A stretch of 51,733 nt of DNA from an uncultured Clostridia bacterium (lineage in GTDB: Bacteria; Bacillota; Clostridia; Christensenellales; CAG-1252): positions 1 to 51,733 of the forward strand of contig CALYRM010000005.1 of NCBI GenBank assembly GCA_945482995.1. Reading direction: 5' to 3'. The notes under the pieces are model-generated. The model was not told the origin of the DNA. It made no database searches and saw nothing but the letters and a program-made list of their open reading frames with translations. Every line of letters starts with the position of its first letter. Position 1 is the stretch's first letter. Made by a program: the position numbers and the translations under genes. Shown piece by piece: positions 17,247-27,527 of this stretch.

Positions 17247-18010
17247 TACTTTATCTCCTTTAGGTTATTAGATAGCAAAACTTGAAACCCATCATAAATT
17301 TGATTGGTTTTTACGGCATTTACATTCTTATAGATATGTTTTCTTTTGCCGAAATATATCATAACTTCATCAATTTTAATAATTTCACAAAGCTTACTTC
17401 CGCCCATTGTATCGATAACAATATACTCATTCCCCTTTAAATCTATTTTCTTAGAAATAACCTTGTCTAAAAATATTACGCCTTTACCGTCTCCAGCCAC
17501 AGCCATATTTCCCGAGTCAACAAACCCTACTGCTTTTATACTTTTTCCATTTACCGAACATGATATTTTAAGCAAATCCTTTTTTAGCAACTTGTTTTGA
17601 GTAAACTTTATGAATATTTTTATAATAAAATAACCAACTATACAACATGTCGAAATTGTAGCGACTTTCAGTCCCTCTGTATTAACAATAAAACCACTTG
17701 TTGAATTTAATACGAGCGATATAACGCCGTTATAAATAAATGCGATAATTGCATAAATTAGCGTAGACTTCAACCAATCATAACGAGATTTTGTTATAAA
17801 CGGCATGCTCGAGCATAGTAACGCTAAAACTTTGTATAAAACTTGAAAATCTAATGAAATTGTTGGATAAATAAGCGCTAGTATTGTACCAAACGTCGCA
17901 GAGATAAAAGCATATCGATACTTTCTTAATAGAATATCACAAACGAGAATTCCTATAAATAAATCCATTAAAAAGTTGTCAAGAATTACATACTCCACTA
18001 TAACGGTCAT
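17246..18010 (-). CDS. spoIIGA: Sigma-E processing aspartic peptidase SpoIIGA
   Basis: Five hydrophobic segments, NFLMD near the N-terminus, GFVDSGN catalytic motif; 1-bp overlap with the sigE start. Confidence 0.85.
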   Translation of the reverse strand: MTVIVEYVILDNFLMDLFIGILVCDILLRKYRYAFISATFGTILALIYPTISLDFQVLYKVLALLCSSMPFITKSRYDWLKSTLIYAIIAFIYNGVISLVLNSTSGFIVNTEGLKVATISTCCIVGYFIIKIFIKFTQNKLLKKDLLKISCSVNGKSIKAVGFVDSGNMAVAGDGKGVIFLDKVISKKIDLKGNEYIVIDTMGGSKLCEIIKIDEVMIYFGKRKHIYKNVNAVKTNQIYDGFQVLLSNNLKEIK

Positions 18011-18083
18011 ATGAATACTATAACAATTAAGCTAGAAAATAAAATAGGATATAATTGTATTTTAGATTGGGTTTTGTCAAAAA

Positions 18084-18113
18084 TAAAGACGCCGTCATAC
18101 GACAGCGTCTTTA
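18084..18113 (-). terminator. Terminator after ftsZ
   Basis: TAAAGACGC...GCGTCTTTA hairpin. Confidence 0.6.
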
Positions 18114-18149
18114 GATATTATATCTTTTACGTACATTCTAAGATAAATT

Positions 18150-19295
18150 TTATTTACGAAGTCTTTGCATAAATTCGGGAACAAACTCGGAGTCAACACC
18201 AATTCTACCCTCGCGATTTTCTACAACAGGTTCAGCTTGTGGGGTAGGTTGCACTTGCTTTTCATCTGGTTGAGCAGGTTTTTGTTGGGGTGATTCAGGT
18301 TGTAGTTCAAATCCCGTTGCGATGATTATAACGTTCACTTGATCGCCTAATGACGGATCAAAATCCAAACCGAAAATGATTTCAGCTTCTTTAATCATCA
18401 ATTCATGTACCAAATTCGTTGCGTTTTCGATTTCTTTCTTATTAAAATCTTTACCGGACGAATAGCATATAATCATACTTTTAGCACGAATAATATTTGT
18501 ATCAGTCAAATTATTCTTGACAGCTGCGCTAACTGCCTGAATTGCAGCAGATTCGCCTTCGCCTCTACCTATACCAATATGTGCTAAACCTTTATTCCTT
18601 ATAATCTTGCAAACGTCGGCAAAGTCGAGATTGATAACACATGGTTTTGCAATCAATTCTCCGATACCTTTTAAAGCCTTTCTGATTACGTCATCGCCTT
18701 TCTCGTAGCCCTCTAATATATGCTCGTTGTCAAGTTTATCATTAGGAATGATTACCAAGCTGTCAGCATACTTCCTAAGCTCGGTAATACCCTGCATAGC
18801 ATTACTATTTCTAACGTCACCCTCAAAAGCAAATGGCTTAAATACTATTGCAACAACCAAAATCCCCATATCCTTTGCGATTTTAGCGATAACTGGAGAA
18901 GCGCCTGTACCTGTTCCGCCACCCATTCCTGCAGTTAAGAACAAAAGTTGAACGTTTGTTAACATTTTTCTAATTTCGTCCTCGCTTTCAAGAGCTGCCT
19001 TTTTGCCCATTTCAGGAACTGCACCTGCGCCTTGTCCTTTTGTGCTTTGCTTACCGATTTGAAGAAGCTTTACTTTCATATTAGGCTTCTTATTCAGAGC
19101 CTTTTCTTTGATACTCAACAAAATCTGCGAGTCGGTATTTACGGCAACAAATTCAGCACTTGTTAAATCAGAATGCATTAATCTTGTAATGGTATTACAA
19201 CCTGCTCCACCTACACCGCAAAGCATTATATTACAAACGTTAGTATTTCCGTTGCCATACAAGCCTTCTACAACAAAATCTTCTATATCGTACAT
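18150..19295 (-). CDS. ftsZ: Cell division protein FtsZ
   Basis: [17 protein letters not shown] tubulin signature, INLDFADV T7 loop, C-terminal VPEFM core. Confidence 0.97.
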   Translation of the reverse strand: MYDIEDFVVEGLYGNGNTNVCNIMLCGVGGAGCNTITRLMHSDLTSAEFVAVNTDSQILLSIKEKALNKKPNMKVKLLQIGKQSTKGQGAGAVPEMGKKAALESEDEIRKMLTNVQLLFLTAGMGGGTGTGASPVIAKIAKDMGILVVAIVFKPFAFEGDVRNSNAMQGITELRKYADSLVIIPNDKLDNEHILEGYEKGDDVIRKALKGIGELIAKPCVINLDFADVCKIIRNKGLAHIGIGRGEGESAAIQAVSAAVKNNLTDTNIIRAKSMIICYSSGKDFNKKEIENATNLVHELMIKEAEIIFGLDFDPSLGDQVNVIIIATGFELQPESPQQKPAQPDEKQVQPTPQAEPVVENREGRIGVDSEFVPEFMQRLRK

Positions 19296-19316
19296 AATCT
19301 AATCCTCCCAATATTT

Positions 19317-20441
19317 CTAATTATTAGATTTAATAGCCGAATTTACCAATCCCATAATTCTTGAATACATTGATTTTTTATAATTAGTTTCAAGATTGGG
19401 ATATACTTTCATTATTGGTTTACCAATGCAGTTAGCCATGCAGGATTCAATGCCGTGGAAATCTAAACCGCTACCCGTCAAATACAAGTCTTTATTTTTA
19501 ACTCGTGTATCTTGAATTAAATCAAAGCACTTTGTAATATAGGTGCAAATAATTTTTATACATTCAACGGTCATATCCTTTACCTCTTTGCAAGAAAAAG
19601 TTTTCAAGAAACCGTTTGAATTAATCGAATATGTTTCATCAGTTGGATTAAAGGATAAATCCACCTTTTCAATAAGGTTTTTACCTTCCTCAAAAGTAAT
19701 ATCCAAACCCTTCGAAATCCAATCGATAATGTTATATCTTCCCACAGAGAAGGTAAACAAGTATTCGATACCGTCACTACAACAAATAATCAACGAAGTG
19801 CTTCTGTATCCTGTATCTACCAATACTGCGCCAACGTCTCTTGTTGAAGTGTTAAACAAACCCAATATTTCGGATTTAGGCGATGAAAGAAATACTATAT
19901 CGCTAATACCGTTTTCCTTTAAGGTTTGTTTCAAAAAATCGTAAACGATCTTTTCCGATGCAATATATGATATATGAGCATTTAATCCATTAGTTGGTTT
20001 GCCCAATACATCAATATATTTTTCGTCGTCATTATCTATATTAAAATAAATCGGATCGGCGCTAATCAAAACCTTTTCGGAATCGTTTACAAAAGGATTC
20101 CCACTATTCACCAACGTATCTATATCAACCTTTTCAACTTTTTTATGCTTGATTTGGTCAATTTTTGTATTAACTACCCTACAAATAGAAAACTCTGCGG
20201 GAATACCGACGTAAAGCTTTTTAAGTCTACCGTGTTTTTCCCTTAACCGTTGGAAAAGCTTTTTTATGGTTGATTTAGCATTCTCCTCGTCTACAAATTC
20301 GCCGTTTCTTATTCCCTCATAAGGAACACTATATTCAAAAGTAACACGGCAATAGTCGCCCATTGTTTTTGTGGCGACCATCAAAGTCATATTACCCGAA
20401 CCTATATCTAAAACTGCGCTTTCCTTATCCTTGAATAACAT
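19317..20441 (-). CDS. ftsA: Divergent FtsA
   Basis: VLDIGSG, GIRNGEFVD, LVDTG and LTGSG actin-fold motifs; directly upstream of ftsZ; GAGGT SD before the ATG at 20441. Confidence 0.8.
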   Translation of the reverse strand: MLFKDKESAVLDIGSGNMTLMVATKTMGDYCRVTFEYSVPYEGIRNGEFVDEENAKSTIKKLFQRLREKHGRLKKLYVGIPAEFSICRVVNTKIDQIKHKKVEKVDIDTLVNSGNPFVNDSEKVLISADPIYFNIDNDDEKYIDVLGKPTNGLNAHISYIASEKIVYDFLKQTLKENGISDIVFLSSPKSEILGLFNTSTRDVGAVLVDTGYRSTSLIICCSDGIEYLFTFSVGRYNIIDWISKGLDITFEEGKNLIEKVDLSFNPTDETYSINSNGFLKTFSCKEVKDMTVECIKIICTYITKCFDLIQDTRVKNKDLYLTGSGLDFHGIESCMANCIGKPIMKVYPNLETNYKKSMYSRIMGLVNSAIKSNN

Positions 20442-20523
20442 TTGTAACCTCACAGCATTTGTATAATTTAATCATAATACAAAAATTATTATTTGTAAAC
20501 AAAATATTTATAACTAAACAACC

Positions 20524-21300
20524 TTAGTACGGATAAGTCTCTTGCCATACCCATGCTTTTTCGGTTTTATCGTGATAAATATATCCGTAAGTACGCTTTG
20601 CCGATTGCTCTCCATAGAGTCTATAAGCTTCGAGGGCATAACGGAATTTTTCCTCATAGTCGTTGCTATCTTTCAAGCAAATTGTAACACCGCTACGAAG
20701 TTTGATATTTACAATATCGTTATCGGTATTAAAATCTATCTTTTCAAAGAAATTCAAGAATGCAATACCGTTTAAACTTTCGTTGTTTGCGACGTTGGAT
20801 ATAACCGATAATTTTGAATTGTAGCTATTACTTACGTCAAGGAAATTGCCAACGACCGGATTGCCGACTTCTAAGCCCGTAACCTTGGTGCACGTGTGGT
20901 ATATAGAATTATTTGCGTCGATAATTTGTAATATTTTGAGCGAACTATCTATCACCGCATATAATTCTGCGTCTCTTATCTTAATCGCCATAAGCGGAAT
21001 TCTAACCGATACGTGAATAACTACCTTATTAGGGAATACTCTCTCAATATTTTTTACCTCTAAATACGGATGAGTAATCTCGATTTGCTCTCTCGATTTC
21101 TTTTCGGATAAAACAAAAATATTACTCCCAATTCGTATGTTCGAACTGGTAATAATTGATTGCTCGTCTATTAGTTGCGATTCGACTTCATTTAAAACCG
21201 TAATGCTATTGACTGTAAATAACGTCATATTGAGTAAAACTATTACGATAATGAGGAGTACGATTGCAACAAACACGATAATTCTTGCATTTCCTTTCAT
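20524..21300 (-). CDS. divIB: FtsQ/DivIB POTRA-domain protein
   Basis: Single N-terminal TM, POTRA-like PYLEVKNIERVFPNKVVI; dcw position. Confidence 0.8.
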   Translation of the reverse strand: MKGNARIIVFVAIVLLIIVIVLLNMTLFTVNSITVLNEVESQLIDEQSIITSSNIRIGSNIFVLSEKKSREQIEITHPYLEVKNIERVFPNKVVIHVSVRIPLMAIKIRDAELYAVIDSSLKILQIIDANNSIYHTCTKVTGLEVGNPVVGNFLDVSNSYNSKLSVISNVANNESLNGIAFLNFFEKIDFNTDNDIVNIKLRSGVTICLKDSNDYEEKFRYALEAYRLYGEQSAKRTYGYIYHDKTEKAWVWQETYPY

Positions 21301-22556
21301 TCTATCCTCTTTAGGTCAGCACCCAAATTATTGTACATTTTAACTATATCTTCATATCCTCTGTCGATGATATGAAGATTGTTTATCCTTGTGTAGCCAT
21401 TAACCGATAGTCCGGCAATTACTAACGCTGCGCCACATCTTAAATCGGTAGCTTGAACAGTTGCCGAATGTAAACAGCTTTTATATATTGAAAGGCGTCT
21501 ATTTGAAATTTTCAAGTTTCCGCCAAAAAGCTCGAGCTGTTTTGCATATTCAAACCTACTGCCAAACACTCTCTCGACTATTTGACCACTGCCGCCTGAA
21601 GCCAACATTGCTGAGGCGTACTGAGCCTGCAAGTCGGTCGGGAAAGAGGGATAAGGATCGGTTTTGATTATGCCGTGAAGAACACAATGCGGACTATATA
21701 TTATTTTATCATTATTTATATATAAATTGCAAGGACTTTTTGTTATTTTTCTAATTAATGCTTTTATCTCAATTGGATTAACCCCTTTAATAGTCAATTC
21801 TCCTTTTGTAGCTATCGCAGATAAAAGTAAATCGCCCATTACAATTCTATCTGACGGATTTTTAAAATCTATGTTTTTATTGCGTTCAGACGGTGAAATT
21901 CTAATGTTGTTTTTAATCCTCTCTACACTTTTTCCCGATTTGTTCAAATATTCTATAACTGCATTCACCTCGGGTTCAAGCGCTGTATTTTTAATGATTA
22001 TGGATTTTTTACCGTTGATTGCAACCAACAAAGTGTTTATTGTTGCCCCTACCGACGGATATCTAAAATCTATATCCTTTTCAACAAGGTTCTCTAACTC
22101 AATTATATAGTAGTCATGCTCTTCTTTCACCCTACCGCCCAAGGTAACAAGCGCCGATAAGTGAATGTCAATTGGTCTTGTTCCCAACTTGCAACCACCC
22201 GGCTTTGGCAATCTAAGATATTTCAACTTTGTCAAGACTGCACCCAATAGATAGGTTGATGATCGTATTTTTGTTGATAACGAAATTATTTTTTCAAAAT
22301 CCGCTTCACTAGGGTTTCTTAATTCAGTTGAATCGATTTTTAATTCATTATCAACAAAAGTGCTTTTTACATTATAAAAGGAAAGTATTTTTAAAAAATC
22401 AAATACGTCGCTTATTCTTGGTATATTCTTTAAAACTCTTACTCCACCAAGATTAACGGCTGCTGCAATCAAGGGAAGTCCTGCATTTTTACTTCCTTGC
22501 ACCGTTGTTTCGCCCTCGAGTCTTTTTCCACCATTAATTAAAACGCAATCTTCCAT
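21297..22556 (-). CDS. murA: UDP-N-acetylglucosamine 1-carboxyvinyltransferase
   Basis: GSKNA, PGGCKLGTRPIDIH (active-site Cys loop), FPTDLQ, DRGYE. Confidence 0.9.
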   Translation of the reverse strand: MEDCVLINGGKRLEGETTVQGSKNAGLPLIAAAVNLGGVRVLKNIPRISDVFDFLKILSFYNVKSTFVDNELKIDSTELRNPSEADFEKIISLSTKIRSSTYLLGAVLTKLKYLRLPKPGGCKLGTRPIDIHLSALVTLGGRVKEEHDYYIIELENLVEKDIDFRYPSVGATINTLLVAINGKKSIIIKNTALEPEVNAVIEYLNKSGKSVERIKNNIRISPSERNKNIDFKNPSDRIVMGDLLLSAIATKGELTIKGVNPIEIKALIRKITKSPCNLYINNDKIIYSPHCVLHGIIKTDPYPSFPTDLQAQYASAMLASGGSGQIVERVFGSRFEYAKQLELFGGNLKISNRRLSIYKSCLHSATVQATDLRCGAALVIAGLSVNGYTRINNLHIIDRGYEDIVKMYNNLGADLKRIE

Positions 22557-23712
22557 ATTTTTTCTTACCTTCTCTTTTTTCTTCAATTACACTAAATATG
22601 TTTACTTTACTCCTTCTATCCACCGATAATAAGATACCTAAACTTGATAAAAAACATACCAACGAACTTCCCCCATAGCTCATAAGCGGCAACGGAATTC
22701 CGGTTGGGGGAATTGCTCCCGAGACTACCGCAATATTAAGTAGCGTTTGCAATCCAAAGACGTTTGATATACCAAATGCAAGAGTGGCATCAAATCTATT
22801 TTCACATCTTTTTGATATTGAAATGCCCAACACGGTAATTGACGCATATATAGATATTATAAATAAAGCCCCAATAAAACCAAGTTCTTCGCCAACTATT
22901 GAAAAAATAAAATCCGACTCGGCAAATGGTAAAAATAAAAATTTTTGCCTACTATTAAAAAGTCCTACCCCAAACCAACCACCGCTTCCCAATGCATAGT
23001 ATGATTGTATAAGTTGATACCCTTCTCCTCTTGGATTTGCCCAAGGATTAATGAAAGCCATTAAGCGTTGCAATCTATACGGTTCGGTTACAATCAACAA
23101 TATAAATGCAATAACTATTGGAATTACCATAGCAATAAACAACTTTGAATTTGCACCGCCTATATAAAGCATTATAATCATAAGCGCTGCGGATAAAATT
23201 GTTACGCTCATATTTGGTTCTAACAACAGCAACACACACATCAGACCGCCCACCATTAAAATCGGAATACAATTACGGATTTTGTTCATGTCACGATTTT
23301 CCATAAACTTTGCGCTAAATATTATCAATGCAAATTTTGACAGTTCAGACGGCTGTATTGTTGTAAAACCAAGGTTAATCCATCTTTTCGCGCCGAAGCT
23401 TTCAACTCCAACCCCCGGAATGAAAATAATAACCAAAAGTATAAATGAAAGAATCAAAAAAGGAATAGTAACCTTTTTTACGAGTTTCGAATTTGTGTAG
23501 GATAGAACAATCATACAAATCAAGCCCAACCCCATAGCAATTAATTGCTTTTTTACAAAATACAAGGAATCGTTAAAATTCTTTTCCGCGCTATACGAAC
23601 TTGCCGATGAAAGCATTAAAATTGCAATTATACATAAAAAAACGGTTAAGCAAAAGAGTGCCACCCCACGCTTTGACAAAAATTTATAGTTTGACGCTTT
23701 TAATGAAATCAT
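22534..23712 (-). CDS. ftsW: SEDS peptidoglycan polymerase FtsW/SpoVE
   Basis: GAKRWI, IQPSELSK, GYQLIQS, SDFIFSIVGEELG, SYGGSS. Confidence 0.9.
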   Translation of the reverse strand: MISLKASNYKFLSKRGVALFCLTVFLCIIAILMLSSASSYSAEKNFNDSLYFVKKQLIAMGLGLICMIVLSYTNSKLVKKVTIPFLILSFILLVIIFIPGVGVESFGAKRWINLGFTTIQPSELSKFALIIFSAKFMENRDMNKIRNCIPILMVGGLMCVLLLLEPNMSVTILSAALMIIMLYIGGANSKLFIAMVIPIVIAFILLIVTEPYRLQRLMAFINPWANPRGEGYQLIQSYYALGSGGWFGVGLFNSRQKFLFLPFAESDFIFSIVGEELGFIGALFIISIYASITVLGISISKRCENRFDATLAFGISNVFGLQTLLNIAVVSGAIPPTGIPLPLMSYGGSSLVCFLSSLGILLSVDRRSKVNIFSVIEEKREGKKKYGRLRFN

Positions 23713-24922
23713 AGAAAAACTTACCTCTTTCCGCATACGATGAGAAACGATCGAAACTCGAACAGCCGGGCGAGAATAATATATTGTCGGCTTTGGAATT
23801 AAGAGCTTTTATAATAGCCTCTTCAAGAGATTTACAATTATTTGCAAGGACGTTGCATTTTATCGCATCTTTATATATTTCATTTCGATTATCGCCCGAA
23901 ATAAACACAATGTCGTCCTTTCTCAACCGCTGTAATAATGGCTTATAACTTTCCCCCTTGTCATAACCCCCTAATAAGATCGCAGTTGTTCCGTTCATTT
24001 TTTCGTATGCAGAAATGACCGACGATACGTTTGTACCTTTGCTATCGTTGTAGACGTTCTTACCATTTATAACGTCGACAAACTCACACCTATATCGTTC
24101 ACCTTTGTAAACCCTTAAAAAATCTGCATATTTGAGATTAAAACCGTTTGCCAATATACACAATGCGAAAGCCGAAAGTGCATTTTCTATGTTGTTATTT
24201 CCTTTTATTTTGATTTCATCAATATCAATAAGTCGATAGTCTATTTCTTTTTCACGATAAAACACTGTACCATTTTCAATATAAATATCGGTTTTTCTGT
24301 TCAATGAATATGTAATTAATCGTTTATTATTTAACTCAGGCAACGGATAACTCTCGGGATTATAAGCAATTCCGTCCTTGGTTAGCGAAATTAGTTTTAA
24401 CTTTGCTTTTTTATATTTTTCTCTAGTTTTGTGATAATCGAGATGATCGACGGTAATATTGGTAATGCAAGAATAATCGCTTTGATAAAATCTTGACTGC
24501 TCCAACATAAAAGAGCTTAACTCGCATATTTGCAAGTTATCGCTTTTTCTTGACGTAAATGGAATTCCCATATTTCCAAGTAGCTCAGAGCTTACCCCTG
24601 CGCTCTCCAACATTCCCTTTACCATATTTACTGTTGTTGTTTTTCCGTTTGTACCCGTTACAGAAATAGACCTAAAAGGGCTTGCAAGATAAGCAAAATC
24701 CAATTCCGAATAAATAGGAATACCACAGCCCTTAACTCTTATATATTCTCGTGAACTTCTTGATACGGCAGGACTTATCACCGCCAAATCAAAGCATTTA
24801 AGGTTAATATCTAACCTATCACTGTAAAACATCGGTATTGCTTCAACTTTTTTCGCATAACTAAAAACCGATTTACCGCTTAATCCACTACCAACGATTA
24901 AAATTCGTTTTCCTTTTAGCAT
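23684..24922 (-). CDS. murD: UDP-MurNAc-L-Ala:D-Glu ligase
   Basis: GSGLSG, TGTNGKTT, ELSSF, NDSKGTN, SPGCSSFD. Confidence 0.92.
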   Translation of the reverse strand: MLKGKRILIVGSGLSGKSVFSYAKKVEAIPMFYSDRLDINLKCFDLAVISPAVSRSSREYIRVKGCGIPIYSELDFAYLASPFRSISVTGTNGKTTTVNMVKGMLESAGVSSELLGNMGIPFTSRKSDNLQICELSSFMLEQSRFYQSDYSCITNITVDHLDYHKTREKYKKAKLKLISLTKDGIAYNPESYPLPELNNKRLITYSLNRKTDIYIENGTVFYREKEIDYRLIDIDEIKIKGNNNIENALSAFALCILANGFNLKYADFLRVYKGERYRCEFVDVINGKNVYNDSKGTNVSSVISAYEKMNGTTAILLGGYDKGESYKPLLQRLRKDDIVFISGDNRNEIYKDAIKCNVLANNCKSLEEAIIKALNSKADNILFSPGCSSFDRFSSYAERGKFFYDFIKSVKL

Positions 24923-24935
24923 ATCACTCCTTTGG

Positions 24936-25916
24936 TTATAGTGATATTAAAACGGCTATCGTCCCCAATGCGCCAAAAATAACAGTTACAGCCGTGTATA
25001 TAGCAACAATTCGTGGTTCGCTCATTCCGCACTTTTCAAGGTGATGATGAAACGGTGCCATTTTAAATACTCTTTTTTTACTTATTTTAAACACTATAAC
25101 CTGTATAATTACCGATATGCACGACACCACGTACATTATACCTATAATCGGAATAATTAACGAATTTCCGCTAAACATTGCAACCGAAGCGACTGCTCCG
25201 CCCAAAGCTAAAGAACCTGTATCTCCCATAAAAATTTTTGCCGGTTTGCTATTATATATTAAAAATGCAAGAATTCCGCCCATTATCGAGACCGAAAAAA
25301 CCGCTAACGAAATATCGATAATTTGTTTTTGGTACATAGCAAATAGAATTAGGAAAAAGAATAACAGGTAACAGAAGGTAGTGTTGCCTGCAAGTCCGTC
25401 CAAGCCGTCCGTCAAGTTTACCGAATTTGTAACCGCCAAAAATATAAAAATTGCAAACGGAATAATCCAATACCCAAAATTAACGGTTGTGTTCGTAAAA
25501 GGAATTCTTACAAGTCTTGAAATATCATTTTTATAGCAATAATACGCCAATGCGCCTGCAATTCCCAACTGCCCGATAATCTTTTGCATAGGCGTCAAGC
25601 CACCGTTATTATGTCTTTTTACCTTCAAAAAATCGTCTAGAAAACCTAACAAGCAGTATGAAATTGTTGCGATCGCCGCTATTCTTCCTGCCGACAATCC
25701 ATTATTTGAAAATACAACCGCGATAAGACAAGACGGAACAACAAAAGCAAGCCCGCCCATCGTGGGTGTTCCTGCTTTGCTTTTATGCTGTTCAACATAT
25801 TTTAAAATTGGTTGTTTTGCTTTAAGTTTTGTTGACAAACTTGTAACAAGTGGCAAGGACAGTAATGATAATAAAAAACTAAATATCAGTGACAAAAAAA
25901 AGATTAAATATTTCAT
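24936..25916 (-). CDS. mraY: Phospho-MurNAc-pentapeptide translocase
   Basis: KAGTPTMGG, GFLDD, NLTDGLDGL, FMGDTGS, MAPFHHH. Confidence 0.96.
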   Translation of the reverse strand: MKYLIFFLSLIFSFLLSLLSLPLVTSLSTKLKAKQPILKYVEQHKSKAGTPTMGGLAFVVPSCLIAVVFSNNGLSAGRIAAIATISYCLLGFLDDFLKVKRHNNGGLTPMQKIIGQLGIAGALAYYCYKNDISRLVRIPFTNTTVNFGYWIIPFAIFIFLAVTNSVNLTDGLDGLAGNTTFCYLLFFFLILFAMYQKQIIDISLAVFSVSIMGGILAFLIYNSKPAKIFMGDTGSLALGGAVASVAMFSGNSLIIPIIGIMYVVSCISVIIQVIVFKISKKRVFKMAPFHHHLEKCGMSEPRIVAIYTAVTVIFGALGTIAVLISL

Positions 25917-27331
25917 AGATACTTTTTAACAATGGATTCATCACTAAATGGTATTTTTTCGCCATTAATTTCCATATATTCTTCTGCGCCCTTACCTGCA
26001 ATTACAACGACGTCACCTACGCCAGCAAGCATAATTCCACGCTTGATTGCTTCCTCTCTATCTAGTATGATTTCACAATCTTCCATATCCATTACGCCCG
26101 CTTCTATTTGCTCGGCTATTTTTAATTGATTTTCACTTCGAGGATTATCATTTGTTATGATCACGTAGTCGCTTAACGCCGAAGCCACAGCACCCATTTC
26201 CGAGCGTTTTCCGCTGTCTCTATCACCGCCACAACCGAATACCGTTATAACCTTTCCAACTGTCAAATCAAGCGCCGCTATAAGCACTTTTTTCAAGCCG
26301 TCGGGCGTATGTGCGTAGTCAATAACAACTTTCTTTCCGTTATTGTCGTAAACGTTAAATCTTCCGGGAATAGATATATCGTGTATCGCTTCCAATATTT
26401 CATTTGGACCTATTCCAAAGTAACCTGCCGTGGCGCAAACTGCCAATATGTTCAAAACGTTAAATGAACCGCATAACGAAGTATTGACTTCAAAAACTAT
26501 ATCATACATATTAACGGTAAAATTCATTCCTTTATTGTAAACAATATCAACTGCAAAAACGTCGGCAGGGTTAGTTATTCCATAAGTAACGGTTGGTATT
26601 TCGGAATTTTTGAGTATATCAAACCCAACTTTATCGTCTACGTTGATAATTCCCATTTTACTTTTTGCTTCCGAAAACAAACTTTTCTTTGCCTTGATAT
26701 ACTTATTCATTTCCCCAAAGTAATCCAAGTGATCTCTTGTTACATTCGTCAATATAGCCACGTCGAAGCATAAGCAATCTAACTTTTTAAGGTACAAAGC
26801 ATGCGCACTTGCTTCCATGAAAACATACTCAACCCTGTTTTTTGCCATTTTGTCAAGCAATGCAAAAAGCTGTTCGGGATCGGGAGTCGTCAAAATAGAT
26901 TCCTCTCTTATTCCCAAATACTCTACAAATAACGTTCCGATATACCCCGATTTTTTACCTGCCGCGTCAAAAACTTTTTTTAATAAATAAGCGGTAGTTG
27001 TTTTGCCGTTTGTGCCTGTAATCGCTATAAGTTTAAGTTTCTTTTGAGGTTCTCCGTACAACATTGACGCAAGCTTACTATAAGCCTTTCTTGTGTCTTG
27101 TACAATAAACTGCGGTACGTCAACGTTTAATTCCTTATTACTAATACAAGCTACCGCCCCATTGGCTACAGCCTCATTTGCGTATTCGTGCGAATCAAAA
27201 TTCTTTCCATCCAAACAAATAAAAATCTTGTTTGCTTGTTCTTTTCTGCTGTCAATCGAAATACCTTTGAAATCAACGTCTTTTCCTTTCATTCTGCCTT
27301 GATAATTTTGAGCAAAAACACTTAGTTTCAT
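25913..27331 (-). CDS. murE: UDP-MurNAc-dipeptide:meso-DAP ligase
   Basis: TGTNGKTT, DHLDY, DYAHTPD, FGCGGDRD, DNPR (DAP-specific), AGKG. Confidence 0.93.
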   Translation of the reverse strand: MKLSVFAQNYQGRMKGKDVDFKGISIDSRKEQANKIFICLDGKNFDSHEYANEAVANGAVACISNKELNVDVPQFIVQDTRKAYSKLASMLYGEPQKKLKLIAITGTNGKTTTAYLLKKVFDAAGKKSGYIGTLFVEYLGIREESILTTPDPEQLFALLDKMAKNRVEYVFMEASAHALYLKKLDCLCFDVAILTNVTRDHLDYFGEMNKYIKAKKSLFSEAKSKMGIINVDDKVGFDILKNSEIPTVTYGITNPADVFAVDIVYNKGMNFTVNMYDIVFEVNTSLCGSFNVLNILAVCATAGYFGIGPNEILEAIHDISIPGRFNVYDNNGKKVVIDYAHTPDGLKKVLIAALDLTVGKVITVFGCGGDRDSGKRSEMGAVASALSDYVIITNDNPRSENQLKIAEQIEAGVMDMEDCEIILDREEAIKRGIMLAGVGDVVVIAGKGAEEYMEINGEKIPFSDESIVKKYL

Positions 27332-27527
27332 TATTAAATCCACCTTTTTATTGTTTTGCAATCATTTTATCAAGACGTCAAGCCCATTTCAATAGATAGG
27401 CGAAAACAGTCATTTTATCTCATAATAATCAATCTTTCGCATGCAAGAACGCATGCATGAAAAGTAAAAGCCCCAGTGTTAATGGGCAATTCACATAGTT
27501 ATTTTGCGTGTATTGATTTTAAATTGA

